DNA of 64,000 nt from positions 32,001 through 96,000 of the IMG/VR virus record IMGVR_UViG_3300014205_000180; one strand, given 5' to 3'. Numbering within the stretch: the stretch's first letter is position 1; the number at the start of each line of letters is the position of its first letter. Of the stretch, positions 7,952 to 18,280 are shown in pieces. Under the pieces are notes generated by a model that made no database searches, was not told the origin of the DNA, and saw only the letters and a program-made list of their open reading frames with translations. Source of the stretch: a virus (lineage: Duplodnaviria; Caudoviricetes). The position numbers and the translations under genes were made by a program.

Positions 7952-8644
7952 ATGAACTTCACCGTTAATAATACTTCTATCAATATTAGTGCAAACGATA
8001 TTGATAGTGCGTCTAAGATCTTAAATGATGTTCGATGCAACAACAACTTCACCGTCCAGAAGGCGACCCAGACTAAGGGTTGCTGGTATATTTGGAATGT
8101 CATCCACAATGATGTACCGATCGCTTCGGTCAATGGCCGTAATGATTCGGAGGCTTCCCGAAACGCCAAAAAGTTATTCCAGTATGGCGATCTGGTTGAG
8201 ACGAATAAGGAATTCAAGGACCTTTCTGATAATAAGACTGATAGCCCAAAGCCTGATTTCGTTAAGCCATCTGAAATCAAGTATGTCTTCACCATTGGCG
8301 ATAGTGCCAAGACTCATGGTTTCTATGTCTTTGAAGCAACCTGCGCTGCAGAAGCATGGGATATTGGAACAGCTAAGTTTAATGATAATTTCCCGCAGGA
8401 TGCCGGAACACGCTTAGGTCTTTGGCAGCGTGTCCTTATCCCGGTTCATGCCAATCCAAATTGGATTGCGGCTGATTTCGCCAAGAATGTCAAGACACCA
8501 TCGCATTTTGCGGTTGACGTTCCTATCGGCCTCGGTCTGTCCAATGAAAAGTGGACTGGTCCTAGGGATGTTGTTAACACGAATGGTGGAGTGTTAGAAA
8601 ACGCCATCAAGAAGCCGGTCGATCATATTGCTAAGCAGGGGTGA
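7952..8644 (+). CDS. Hypothetical protein
   Basis: CAGGAG SD; visibly more GC-rich codons than flanks. Confidence 0.75.
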   Translation: MNFTVNNTSINISANDIDSASKILNDVRCNNNFTVQKATQTKGCWYIWNVIHNDVPIASVNGRNDSEASRNAKKLFQYGDLVETNKEFKDLSDNKTDSPKPDFVKPSEIKYVFTIGDSAKTHGFYVFEATCAAEAWDIGTAKFNDNFPQDAGTRLGLWQRVLIPVHANPNWIAADFAKNVKTPSHFAVDVPIGLGLSNEKWTGPRDVVNTNGGVLENAIKKPVDHIAKQG

Positions 8645-8650
8645 TTCCAC

Positions 8651-8869
8651 ATGAAATGGATCGTGCAAGATCTAGATGGTGATAACGCTGATGACTACGA
8701 AGTCAGCGTTATCCATTCATCTTTCAAACAAGGTCTTGATTCACACGGTTGGGATGGGCCTAATAAAATATGTATGCCAACTGATGGATATAGCCGTAAA
8801 GAATGTATTAAACGTGCTAAAATTATTGCAAAAGCATTAAATAACTCCAATATTCCATATATATCATGA
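8651..8869 (+). CDS. Hypothetical protein
   Basis: GGGGTG SD; ATGA overlap with next gene. Confidence 0.65.
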   Translation: MKWIVQDLDGDNADDYEVSVIHSSFKQGLDSHGWDGPNKICMPTDGYSRKECIKRAKIIAKALNNSNIPYIS

Positions 8870-9867
8870 CTACTACAGTAATGCATTTTTCTATCGCCGG
8901 AGACTGGCTCACTGATACTGTGCGGTCTTTATGGGCTGATGGAAAAATGAACAGGGCTATGGCTATTTTGGGTGATATTCGTGGTCTTGATGAAGCCACC
9001 AAAATGGAAATCATTTTGGGTAAAAAGAAATTTATCGGAGAAAGTGGTGATGATAACGGTCTTGAATTAGTAGATGATGATGCTACAGAAATAAATGGCG
9101 TACCATTGTTAACAGCCGAACAGATTTTCAAAAAGAAAGAGGATGAACTTAACGATCGGGAGAAAATAATCGAAGCTAAAGAAGATTGGGTTAATGGTCA
9201 AACCGAAAAAATCTCTAGCCAATGGGGTTTAATTAAGGTACCAAGATCACTTCTAACTAAAGGATACAGAAAAGGTAGCGGCTCACCATATTTTTATCTC
9301 GAAGATGAAAATAAAAAAATATATGAAAGTCTATTTTCTGAAGAAATAGAAGAAGCAAAAAGTAGGCTTCAAGTTTTGATTAATGAGCGAATGATGCGTG
9401 ATCGAATGTTCATAGCTGGATTAAACCCTGCTGCTATTGATAAAATTCATGCTTCTGGAAATACTATTCTAGACACTGTTTTAAAAGGTGGTTTTGAACA
9501 GGAATTTAGAGAGCCGTTCAAAGAACATGCTCCGCTTCATGAACCAGAACCTGAGAAAGTAAAACCGGATAAAAAGTTAAATGGGTTAAATGGTTGGATT
9601 TCACCAAATGGAGAATTTTATTCCTGCGGATTTATGGGTCATATTAAACTGGCATCTGACCTTAATGCTACTGAAGGTGAATTAGAAAAATTATGGGTTA
9701 AGGTCCAAAATGTTAATGAGCCATTAGCATTAATACCAAGAGAAGGCAAAAGCGACTTTACTAGTATTCCATATGATGGAGTAACTCAGGCTCAGTATGA
9801 TACAATGTGCAAATGGAGTATAAAGCACAAGCGTCCATCGCCAGATGATATTAAAATAAAAGATTGA
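8866..9867 (+). CDS. Hypothetical phage protein with GWISPNGEF..C....H motif
   Basis: 333-aa ORF; possible metal-binding C-terminal domain. Confidence 0.75.
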   Translation: MTTTVMHFSIAGDWLTDTVRSLWADGKMNRAMAILGDIRGLDEATKMEIILGKKKFIGESGDDNGLELVDDDATEINGVPLLTAEQIFKKKEDELNDREKIIEAKEDWVNGQTEKISSQWGLIKVPRSLLTKGYRKGSGSPYFYLEDENKKIYESLFSEEIEEAKSRLQVLINERMMRDRMFIAGLNPAAIDKIHASGNTILDTVLKGGFEQEFREPFKEHAPLHEPEPEKVKPDKKLNGLNGWISPNGEFYSCGFMGHIKLASDLNATEGELEKLWVKVQNVNEPLALIPREGKSDFTSIPYDGVTQAQYDTMCKWSIKHKRPSPDDIKIKD

Positions 9868-9884
9868 TCTGACAAATTTAATAC

Positions 9885-10382
9885 ATGGATAATTTGCGTA
9901 GGAAGATATTTAGCGCAATCGTTGACGGTAATGATCCATATAAATTATTTATATCAGAGTCTAAATTATTAACTGAAGCGCATCAGTGCTTGATGGAAGA
10001 AATAGTAAGTTGGATGTGGATTCAAATTCAACTAATAAAAGACCTACTTAATTTTAATGAAATTGATATTTGGGGACATGGTTTCGATTCTGATGTAGGT
10101 GATTGGTCTAATTATGACTTAAAAAGAAAACAGTTAATGGTAATGACATATTTAGATAAAATTGGTATACTGAAACAGCTTAGGGATCATATAAATAATA
10201 GTAAAGATACTGTCAGAGTTGGTACTAATGATTACGACATAAAAGAAATTGTTAGTAATTTCAAACCGCCATTAGTATCACCAGAATTCCTAAAAGAATT
10301 TAGAGAATCCAAAATTTATAAAGATTTATTAAATATCGCTCTAACTGGAATAAAGACTGGTCAAACTACTCTTCAGCCTTAG
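9885..10382 (+). CDS. Hypothetical protein
   Basis: 165-aa ORF. Confidence 0.65.
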   Translation: MDNLRRKIFSAIVDGNDPYKLFISESKLLTEAHQCLMEEIVSWMWIQIQLIKDLLNFNEIDIWGHGFDSDVGDWSNYDLKRKQLMVMTYLDKIGILKQLRDHINNSKDTVRVGTNDYDIKEIVSNFKPPLVSPEFLKEFRESKIYKDLLNIALTGIKTGQTTLQP

Positions 10383-10611
10383 TCTTTGTATAAGCATAAA
10401 AAGTTTTAGAATCTATAAAATCCATTTCTACAACTCCATCTTTATCACAATTTTGTATAGCCATAACGTCAGATTGGCTATCTGAACATTCAAAGCAGAT
10501 AGCTTTACCCAATAGCGAGAATCTTTCTTCTGTAACCTTATTTATTTTACATGATTCACATGTATAAGATTTAGACTTTTTAACCGGCTTTTTAGCTGGC
10601 TTTTTAGGCAT
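10366..10611 (-). CDS. Small zinc-finger protein (DksA/TraR-like C4 finger possible)
   Basis: CESC..I..ER..LL....CFECS; GGAG SD. Confidence 0.6.
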   Translation of the reverse strand: MPKKPAKKPVKKSKSYTCESCKINKVTEERFSLLGKAICFECSDSQSDVMAIQNCDKDGVVEMDFIDSKTFYAYTKTKAEE

Positions 10612-10629
10612 TTTATCTCCGAATTACGT

Positions 10630-11298
10630 TTAGTTTTGATCAATGATAGATTTAACATCTTTAACTATGCTATCAATATCACGATCAACCATAACTTCAT
10701 GAATATTACTTGGACTAATAAATTTATTTAACATAAACCTGATTTCAACATCTGTCTTAAATTCACTATAATAATTATAGACTCTCTTTAAATATTCATC
10801 GCCAGCAGATTCAAAACGATCTTTTCTATTACCTTGAATCTTATCTTGTTCAACAAGATTAGGTTTTTTAATTCTTGATTGGATCACATCAAAAGGTGCA
10901 TTGAATACTATTAGTTTATCAATTCTCCTTCTCCATCCGCAAGCGATAAGAAGATTGAACATCGCATCAATTTCTGCTAATGTTACGCCTTTAGCTCTTT
11001 GATAAACAGTGCTTGTGATATTAAGCCTATCACAAATAAGAAGTTGGTCTTGATTATGGTCGAAATTTTTGATATACTGATCATAAAAGCCAATAGCATC
11101 AGTAGCGAACAACGCAAGCTCTTGTGATCCACTAAGATTAAAATTACCAAATTTTAAAAGCTTTCTAAGCTCTTTACCAATTTCAGTTGATCCAGGATGG
11201 CTAGTCACAACTACATTTGGATATGATCCAAATAGAGATTTAATAATTGTACTCTTACCAACGCCATTGATTCCTTCTAAAACTACGATCTTTTGCAT
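10630..11298 (-). CDS. tmk: Thymidylate kinase
   Basis: VLEGINGVGKST P-loop, HPG.T.IG..LR, CDR...S..YQ, DRFE. Confidence 0.92.
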   Translation of the reverse strand: MQKIVVLEGINGVGKSTIIKSLFGSYPNVVVTSHPGSTEIGKELRKLLKFGNFNLSGSQELALFATDAIGFYDQYIKNFDHNQDQLLICDRLNITSTVYQRAKGVTLAEIDAMFNLLIACGWRRRIDKLIVFNAPFDVIQSRIKKPNLVEQDKIQGNRKDRFESAGDEYLKRVYNYYSEFKTDVEIRFMLNKFISPSNIHEVMVDRDIDSIVKDVKSIIDQN

Positions 11299-11306
11299 GT
11301 TATTCC

Positions 11307-12605
11307 TTAGTTTCCGAACTCAACTAATCTGGTGACACGGCACTGACTTGCACGATATACGATCATTTCATTATTATGAACAACCTCGCCAGCCCTTGCA
11401 AAGGTCGAGTCACAGCCATCCGGCGCTTTTTTCCAAGATCCGGAACTCTTAGGAATATATGGCTTACCCATCGCAACATCGTTAAGGAGCATATAGCACG
11501 TATTATCTTTTCTACCACCGCCCCAATATCCATAAGCGTAGTTTAAGCTCTTTGTCGATTGGTCTGAGAAGTATATTCCGTCACCGAACATGCGCCCAGC
11601 ATCGGCCCATGGCGGAATGATCAGACCACGTGACAGAATAGAAAGCAAATTACCAACACGGGTACCATGCCATAATTCTTTAACATTTCCAACCTTGGCC
11701 CCATCTTTATCAAAATTCTCATTCATATGAGATATTGTTAAAGTCCAGGCACGTTTTGGCTTTAATCCAGCCTGAGCCGCAGCGTGCATACTCTGGAAAG
11801 TAGAACGGAAATACTTATCAATACGCTTTAATTCATCACTATCAGTCGGCTTTAAACTAACATTCCAGGTGCGCTTCACTTCAACTTTAGGTTCATCCTT
11901 AGCTTGTGGCTGCGGCTTAGACAGCATATCAAGCGAACCAAGTAGAGCATCAAGAATCTGTTCCTGTTTATCAACTGAAGGTTTATCTGGAAAGACATTT
12001 TCAAAAGTTGGGCGATTACGACCAATATTGGTAGGAATTCTCATTAAATATTCACAAGCTAACTGATCTGCAGCATTTTCGGCTGATTTACTTCTTATAG
12101 TCGGGCCATTAAGAGTTACTTTAATCTTGCCCAATAAATCACGAGCATCATCAACTACCTGACGAGTAACAATGACTCCGCCATCAGTTTGGAACAAACC
12201 AGTAGAAGTGTTAACCTTGAGAGTAGTAGTGCTGGTAATGTCGCGTGTGTTACGATCAACAAGCATCGCAACTAAATCCTTTAATCCATTATCACCACCA
12301 GCAATTTCATCAATCGCCTTCTGTCGCACATCCTGTTTAGTAATAGCTGGTCCGTTTACTGTTCCGCTACCAGCATCGGCTGCTACTTCAATTTGTTTAT
12401 ATCCCTTACGCAACGATTCCTTTAATTTCTTCTGCATCTTGGCTTCTGGGTCAAGCTGGGAACTTCCAGCATCACCAACACGCCCCCATGAGTGAAGCCA
12501 CTGTCCGTCAGATTGTTTAATCCACTTATGAAATTTATTGCTATTACTTTCAGAAGTGGTGGTTGGGCCAGTCGACGAACATACGATATAAATGACGTCA
12601 CTCAT
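11307..12605 (-). CDS. WGR-domain poly(ADP-ribose) polymerase-like ADP-ribosyltransferase
   Basis: SNKF...WGRVG (WGR), helical regulatory region (YLMRIP), catalytic LWHGTR, GRMFGDGIYFSD..TKSLNY, NNEMIVY (H-Y-E). Confidence 0.93.
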   Translation of the reverse strand: MSDVIYIVCSSTGPTTTSESNSNKFHKWIKQSDGQWLHSWGRVGDAGSSQLDPEAKMQKKLKESLRKGYKQIEVAADAGSGTVNGPAITKQDVRQKAIDEIAGGDNGLKDLVAMLVDRNTRDITSTTTLKVNTSTGLFQTDGGVIVTRQVVDDARDLLGKIKVTLNGPTIRSKSAENAADQLACEYLMRIPTNIGRNRPTFENVFPDKPSVDKQEQILDALLGSLDMLSKPQPQAKDEPKVEVKRTWNVSLKPTDSDELKRIDKYFRSTFQSMHAAAQAGLKPKRAWTLTISHMNENFDKDGAKVGNVKELWHGTRVGNLLSILSRGLIIPPWADAGRMFGDGIYFSDQSTKSLNYAYGYWGGGRKDNTCYMLLNDVAMGKPYIPKSSGSWKKAPDGCDSTFARAGEVVHNNEMIVYRASQCRVTRLVEFGN

Positions 12606-12627
12606 GGGATACCTCGTCAGGTTGTTA

Positions 12628-12972
12628 TTATCGGGTGTGAATAAACTTAGATTCCTCTACATAAATATGGAACACAGCAGTACGAGTAGGATCACTACGC
12701 CTAGGGCGCACTACTGTCCCAACGAATTTCATTCCGTTTGATGCGAATTCGCCGGTTGGAACAACTTCGAATTTAATATTAACAGTAGGCCAGCAATCTT
12801 CATCAAATCCAGCATTGGAAAGAATATCTTTCATGCCTGATACTTCTGGTGTTTCAAACCAAACAACCGGCGTGCTTCTTTGAATGCCAACAGATAAAAT
12901 TGTAGCACATAGTGGCAAATTAAGAATAGTAACCTTATCAGGAATTTCAAGCTTTAGTGTACGAGTTGGCAT
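12628..12972 (-). CDS. Conserved small phage protein (DUF7352-like)
   Basis: Start MPTRTL with AGGAG SD; LP..A.ILSV..Q...VW...TG...FVGTV...VFHIY pattern. Confidence 0.7.
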   Translation of the reverse strand: MPTRTLKLEIPDKVTILNLPLCATILSVGIQRSTPVVWFETPEVSGMKDILSNAGFDEDCWPTVNIKFEVVPTGEFASNGMKFVGTVVRPRRSDPTRTAVFHIYVEESKFIHTR

Positions 12973-12985
12973 GACTATCTCCTGG

Positions 12986-13153
12986 TTAGAATGGTGGTTC
13001 GTCTTGTTTTTTATTCTTTTCATCAATTTCTTCAATTAGTTCTTTTGATAATTTATCTAATTCATCAATTGTTAATGTTTTGAATGATCTATCGAGTCCA
13101 ATAGATCTGAATTTTTGCAATAAAATATCAGACATTGAAATTTTATCGATCAT
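12986..13153 (-). CDS. 55-aa protein ending in DEPPF (below ORF-track cutoff)
   Basis: MIDKISMSDILLQKFRSIGLDRSFKTLTIDELDKLSKELIEEIDEKNKKQDEPPF*; ATGA overlap with upstream stop; fills the gap exactly. Confidence 0.75.
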   Translation of the reverse strand: MIDKISMSDILLQKFRSIGLDRSFKTLTIDELDKLSKELIEEIDEKNKKQDEPPF

Positions 13154-13425
13154 TTGATTTCCGTAAATCTTTTCATTGGTCCTCTATCAATTGTTGCAAT
13201 AGTTGAAAACCACATTTCTAATGGTCTTGCGTAAACATTTCTTTTTTCATCTGATCTATAAATAACAAGTTCTTTTCCAGTTTCAGAACATATAGCTATA
13301 CATATTATAGTGTATTGTCCACCTTTATAATGTTCCCAATGACTTCCAGGTTTTGGTAAGTCATAGATTATCTGATTTGTTGGAAAATCAGGCATGTTTT
13401 TTAAAATCCCAATATTCAACACCAC
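13150..13425 (-). CDS. DUF1653-family protein
   Basis: WEHYKGGQY..I..A..SET...VIYR......ARPLEMW. Confidence 0.85.
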   Translation of the reverse strand: MVLNIGILKNMPDFPTNQIIYDLPKPGSHWEHYKGGQYTIICIAICSETGKELVIYRSDEKRNVYARPLEMWFSTIATIDRGPMKRFTEIK

Positions 13426-13852
13426 TAATATCGTTCAAATAATCCTTAATTATTTTAAAATCAGGAATCCAGTCATTTTTTACGTTAAATGTTTGCAATT
13501 TAACATGAGATCCACCATCTGGAAAAATAGCTGGACCATAAAATAATGTATCGTTAATATTAAATATAAAATATTTTGAATCATGATTCTCATTAATAAA
13601 ACATCCAACTCCGACTAAATTATTAGGATCAGCCAAGTCTGATTCTGATGCAGCAGACTTAAATTCATTTTTATTTGCTATTACCCAAAACTTATGATAC
13701 TTAGGATAAACAATTGAAAACGAATCACGAGAAAGATTTTTTGATGCTCCAATTGGTCTAATAGTAGATTCATTATCCTCCATAACCATGAATCTACTAT
13801 TATTATATTCTGGCACTTCAACAACAGAGTCAGCTATTATCGGGCAAATCAT
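13388..13852 (-). CDS. Hypothetical protein
   Basis: 154-aa ORF in a co-directional run. Confidence 0.65.
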   Translation of the reverse strand: MICPIIADSVVEVPEYNNSRFMVMEDNESTIRPIGASKNLSRDSFSIVYPKYHKFWVIANKNEFKSAASESDLADPNNLVGVGCFINENHDSKYFIFNINDTLFYGPAIFPDGGSHVKLQTFNVKNDWIPDFKIIKDYLNDISGVEYWDFKKHA

Positions 13853-13859
13853 TTAATAC

Positions 13860-15749
13860 CTACACCAGCATGTCTTGAAATTCACTATAACCAATGATCT
13901 TTGTTCCATAGCTTAGTGCTTTTTCAGTTTTTGTTGAAGTGCTGTCTTTGCTCTTTTGGACTAAATAAGTCAAGCCCTTAGACACACTGGATTTCTCAAC
14001 TGCCCCTAATTGTTCCATTACATCACGCTCTTTATCACTTGGACGCACTCCGGTAAAGCAGAATGATAATCCACTAAGCTTACCATCAGATACGACCTTT
14101 TTTGGTGCATTTAATTTTACGCATGACCTAAGATCATTTATTGTATCTTTAAATACATCTATTGACATTTTCATATCGCGAGCCTTGTTAGGACCCATGT
14201 TATCCTTGGTCGCTAAATCATTAACATCAGCATTAATATAATCATCAGGCGATTGATAGCCAATATGCTTAGCCATTGATCGGCCAAGGAATTTGATTCC
14301 CAAGGACCCCATGAACAAATCAATATCCATAATCCTGGTCTTATCAATTTCCATTACGATCTTAGTTGCGTTCGACTTGCCAAGTACACCATTTCCAATC
14401 TTAATATCCTTAATCATATCAGCATTAAGCTTGTAAAGATCAGAAATTTTCTTAATTATTGGATTGCTACCAGATGTAATCGCCGTAAGCACTTCGTCGC
14501 CAATATTCTTAATATTAGTCTTTTTAATCCAATTTCTGATCAACTCAACACTACGTCCAGGGCATGATTCATTAACACAAAGAGTATATCTTCCATCAAT
14601 CTTTAAAGGCTCTCCGCATACATAGCAGTGAGTTGGGCGAAGATATGGGCCACTAGAATTTTTCTTTAACACTTTAGTGATGTGCGGAATAACGTCACCG
14701 GCACGTTCAATTTCAACTTCATCATCAATATTAATATTAAGGTCATTGATATAATCGAAATTGTTAAGCAGAACATTGCTAATCGTAATTCCACCAACGA
14801 ACACCGGTTCAAGAATAGCAGTCGGAACGATTGCGCCAGTGCTGCCCATCGTAATAGTCATACCCTTAACAATAGTGTTACCCTTGGCAGTCTCAAACTT
14901 CCAAGCAACCTGACCATTTGGGCGGGTTCCATTATCTGAGTAGCCAAGCTGTTCCTGTACGGCAAGGTTATCATAAGCCACAACCATTCCATCAATTTCA
15001 TAATCAAGATTAGGACGACCATCAATATATTGTTTTCTGATATCCTTAATTTCATCAATAGTTTCACAACGATGATACCTAACAACATCAAAACCAAGTG
15101 ACTGTAACCTGACCAGCTTTTCAGTTTGGACACTAATTTCAATGTCTGGATGAACGATATCGAACGCAGCAATAACGATATGCCGATTGTCCTTTTCATT
15201 ATCAGTCTTGCGCAAAACAATACCATTTGCGATATTGCGAGGATTATCAGTACCAGGAAAATGTTCTTTCCAAACGCTGATCTTCATATAAGCTTCTGCA
15301 CGCACGATTAATTGACCATTAACTTTTACTGTCTTAGGAAGATTGCTCCAAAGCAGAGCGTTCTGAGTAATATCTAGTCCCTTTTCTCCATCACCACGAG
15401 TCGCAACACGTGTTAACTTGCCATTGAGATATAAAATTTCCATCGAAGAACCATCTTGCTTGTCAGAAATAAGTACAGCACCATTTTTACTATCATACCA
15501 CTTAAAAAATTCTTCATCATTTGATGCTTTATTCTGGCTACCCATATGCATCAGAAGCTTGACTTCCGAACGGTGTGCATCTATCTTAGCACCAACTTTA
15601 GATAGACGAGGATGACCAGGAGATAACTTAGAGAGCTTATCCTTAAGTTTATCATAATCAGCATCTGACATTAATGCCTTGCCAGAATTATAGTAGGCAT
15701 TATCTGCTTTATCAAGAGCATTGATGATCTGATTAATGATTTCGCTCAT
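13860..15749 (-). CDS. ligA: NAD+-dependent DNA ligase
   Basis: AYY...MSDADYD, KQDG, TRGDG..G.DIT, EIDGMVV, AWKF, RAGDVIP, Zn finger, HhH, C-terminal BRCT. Confidence 0.96.
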   Translation of the reverse strand: MSEIINQIINALDKADNAYYNSGKALMSDADYDKLKDKLSKLSPGHPRLSKVGAKIDAHRSEVKLLMHMGSQNKASNDEEFFKWYDSKNGAVLISDKQDGSSMEILYLNGKLTRVATRGDGEKGLDITQNALLWSNLPKTVKVNGQLIVRAEAYMKISVWKEHFPGTDNPRNIANGIVLRKTDNEKDNRHIVIAAFDIVHPDIEISVQTEKLVRLQSLGFDVVRYHRCETIDEIKDIRKQYIDGRPNLDYEIDGMVVAYDNLAVQEQLGYSDNGTRPNGQVAWKFETAKGNTIVKGMTITMGSTGAIVPTAILEPVFVGGITISNVLLNNFDYINDLNINIDDEVEIERAGDVIPHITKVLKKNSSGPYLRPTHCYVCGEPLKIDGRYTLCVNESCPGRSVELIRNWIKKTNIKNIGDEVLTAITSGSNPIIKKISDLYKLNADMIKDIKIGNGVLGKSNATKIVMEIDKTRIMDIDLFMGSLGIKFLGRSMAKHIGYQSPDDYINADVNDLATKDNMGPNKARDMKMSIDVFKDTINDLRSCVKLNAPKKVVSDGKLSGLSFCFTGVRPSDKERDVMEQLGAVEKSSVSKGLTYLVQKSKDSTSTKTEKALSYGTKIIGYSEFQDMLV

Positions 15750-15800
15750 ATTATTTTATAACAAAAGACTATAAGTAGTTAATAATTCAAAACTAATTTA

Positions 15801-16058
15801 ATGGATATAAAAGTTAATTCTGTTGTTCAAAAGAGTAAATCTTTGCTAGATATTGTTGGAACAGGTCTAAATAAGCGATATATATCTATATTAATAGATG
15901 GTATAGTTTCAAAAATTACTTACAGAAGTTATAGAAAAATTTCAGTATCAATTCCGCAAACTGTTAATTTATCAGAAATGACAGTAAATGTCCATTTATT
16001 TGTAAATGAACGTAATAATAGACATTATATAGATGTGGGTCCGATAAATGGCTATTAA
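15801..16058 (+). CDS. Stand-alone Ig-like (IPT/TIG-like) domain, paralog of next gene's N-terminus
   Basis: Shares SLLDIVG.GLN..YI.ILIDGI.SK...VNVHLFVNERNNRHYID.GPIN with 16048-17589. Confidence 0.7.
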   Translation: MDIKVNSVVQKSKSLLDIVGTGLNKRYISILIDGIVSKITYRSYRKISVSIPQTVNLSEMTVNVHLFVNERNNRHYIDVGPINGY

Positions 16059-17589
16059 AGTATATTCTGTAACTCAAAATATATCCGATAAATCTTTATT
16101 GGATATAGTTGGAATAGGTCTTAACGAACAATATATAATAATATTAATAGATGGAATAATATCAAAAGTTGTTTTTAGAAATTACAGAAAAATATCAGCA
16201 TCAATACCACAAAATATCAGTAAATTAAAAGTCAATGTCCATCTATTTGTAAATGAACGAAATAATAGACACTATATAGACGCAGGTCCAATAAATTTAA
16301 CAATTGGCTACAAAGATGGTAAGCCATATAACATATATCATGCAGAAAAACAAGAACCGTTAAATCCAACTGAAGATCAGTCATCATTTAGCACTGAAGT
16401 ATTAAGCAGTAAATCCTCAGAATCTTCAGAAATATCATTGTCTGAATCATCAGAATCTTCTTCTTCTAAATCATTATCATCTATATCGTCAAGATCATTA
16501 TCTAGTCTTTCTATATCGTCTATAAGCAGTGAATCATTTTCGCTATCAACTATCTCTTCTGGATCAACAATATCTTCGCAGTCTACTGAATCATTATCAA
16601 CTGTTTCATCACCATCAACTGAATCATCATTATCTTCTGAATCGCTATCAACTATCTCTTCATTGTCTACTGAATCATTATCGACTGCCTCTTCTGGATC
16701 AACTGAATCGTCACTATCTTCTGAATCATTATCAACTGTATCCTCATTGTCTTCTGAATCATTATCAACTGTATCCTCATTGTCTTCTGAATCATTATCA
16801 ACTATATCTTCATTATCAACTGAATCGCTGTCAACTGAATCGTCATTATCAACTGCCTCTTCATTGTCTACTGAATCATCATCAACTGCCTCTTCACTGT
16901 CTACCGAATCATTATCGACTATTTCTTCTGGATCAACTGAATCATCACTATCTGAAACACTATCAACTATATCTTCTGAATCAACTATTTCATCATTATC
17001 TTCTGAATCACTGTCTACTGAATCTTCACTGTCTACTGAATCTTCACTGTCTAGCGAATCATTATCATCACAATCATCTGAATCAACTATTTCTTCAAGC
17101 TCATTATCAACTGAATTATTAAGCTCACATTCATCATCTTACTCTAGTGAATCATTATCTACTGATTCTAGCGAATCATTATCAACTGAGGTATTGAGTA
17201 CCGGATCATCTGATTCAACTTCATCATTATCAACTGAAGTATTAAGCACTGAATCAACATTATCAGAATCTTCTAATTCTTCTGATTCTTCTGATTCATC
17301 AAGATCTTTATCTACTGAAGTATTATCATCTTTATCATCACTAAGTTTATCATCGTCAAGTTCATCATCTTTAAGTTCATCATCGTCATCTGATTCAACT
17401 GAATCAATATCACCAAGCACAGATTCTTCATTATCTACAGAAATAAATTCATCTAATTCTTCTTCATCAGTATCACCATCATCAGTATCACCATCATCAC
17501 AATCAATAACATACTTCTTATATAATAGACCAGATGCAGTTAGTGTTTATAATCAGCCAAATGGTATTGATTTATATTTAAGACCATAA
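16048..17589 (+). CDS. Ser/Thr-rich putative virion protein
   Basis: Ig-like N-terminus, ~370-aa SLST/SSES tract, C-terminal YNRPD...YNQP...YLRP. Confidence 0.8.
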   Translation: MAIKVYSVTQNISDKSLLDIVGIGLNEQYIIILIDGIISKVVFRNYRKISASIPQNISKLKVNVHLFVNERNNRHYIDAGPINLTIGYKDGKPYNIYHAEKQEPLNPTEDQSSFSTEVLSSKSSESSEISLSESSESSSSKSLSSISSRSLSSLSISSISSESFSLSTISSGSTISSQSTESLSTVSSPSTESSLSSESLSTISSLSTESLSTASSGSTESSLSSESLSTVSSLSSESLSTVSSLSSESLSTISSLSTESLSTESSLSTASSLSTESSSTASSLSTESLSTISSGSTESSLSETLSTISSESTISSLSSESLSTESSLSTESSLSSESLSSQSSESTISSSSLSTELLSSHSSSYSSESLSTDSSESLSTEVLSTGSSDSTSSLSTEVLSTESTLSESSNSSDSSDSSRSLSTEVLSSLSSLSLSSSSSSSLSSSSSSDSTESISPSTDSSLSTEINSSNSSSSVSPSSVSPSSQSITYFLYNRPDAVSVYNQPNGIDLYLRP

Positions 17590-17615
17590 ACTGACCATTC
17601 AAAGATACATAAGAT

Positions 17616-18041
17616 ATGAGTAAATTAAATTCCAAACTAGATATATTGCTCGAAGACGTTAAAATGTCTCATGAGCACAACGATTCAATCTCTGCAACAT
17701 GTGCAAAGATTAAAGATCTTGAATCTCAAGCAAAAACCGCAAAAGCTGAATTATCGCAATGTATAGATGCCCTTTGTGCCGACTTGGCAAAAGAAATCAG
17801 AAGAATTCAACCAAGTCTAAATGTTACTATGAATAGTATTGGTTGTAATGTCAGTTATAGAGCCAAAGCAATAACCTGCGAGGTAATACCATTTAATGGA
17901 AAATGGAATTTTAATAGTTCAGACTTTGGTAGAATGTTTGTTAGAAGATTTCCAGATTGCTGCGATTTAAGCTGCCCAGCTACACATTTAGCAAAATGCT
18001 TAGCAGAGTTCTTCGTTAATCAATATAGGTCATTAAAATGA
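17616..18041 (+). CDS. Hypothetical protein
   Basis: 141-aa ORF, ATGA overlap with next gene. Confidence 0.7.
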   Translation: MSKLNSKLDILLEDVKMSHEHNDSISATCAKIKDLESQAKTAKAELSQCIDALCADLAKEIRRIQPSLNVTMNSIGCNVSYRAKAITCEVIPFNGKWNFNSSDFGRMFVRRFPDCCDLSCPATHLAKCLAEFFVNQYRSLK

Positions 18042-18280
18042 CACTTACAACTACTGGCGTTCCAATGGTAGGTATGTATTCTATTAATACTGATGCAGAT
18101 TATATTGATCCAAAATCTGGTATTAAGCGCAAAAAGATTGATAAGACTACTAGATCACCATTCATGAATAAAAAAGATGCAAAAACTCAGCATATTACTG
18201 GAGTAATGGATAATTCTGGTAAGAAAAAGTCAAAAATTGAAGAGAAGATAGATAGAAGAATAAAGGGACTAAATGACTGA
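18038..18280 (+). CDS. Small basic hypothetical protein
   Basis: Overlaps both neighbours. Confidence 0.65.
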   Translation: MTLTTTGVPMVGMYSINTDADYIDPKSGIKRKKIDKTTRSPFMNKKDAKTQHITGVMDNSGKKKSKIEEKIDRRIKGLND

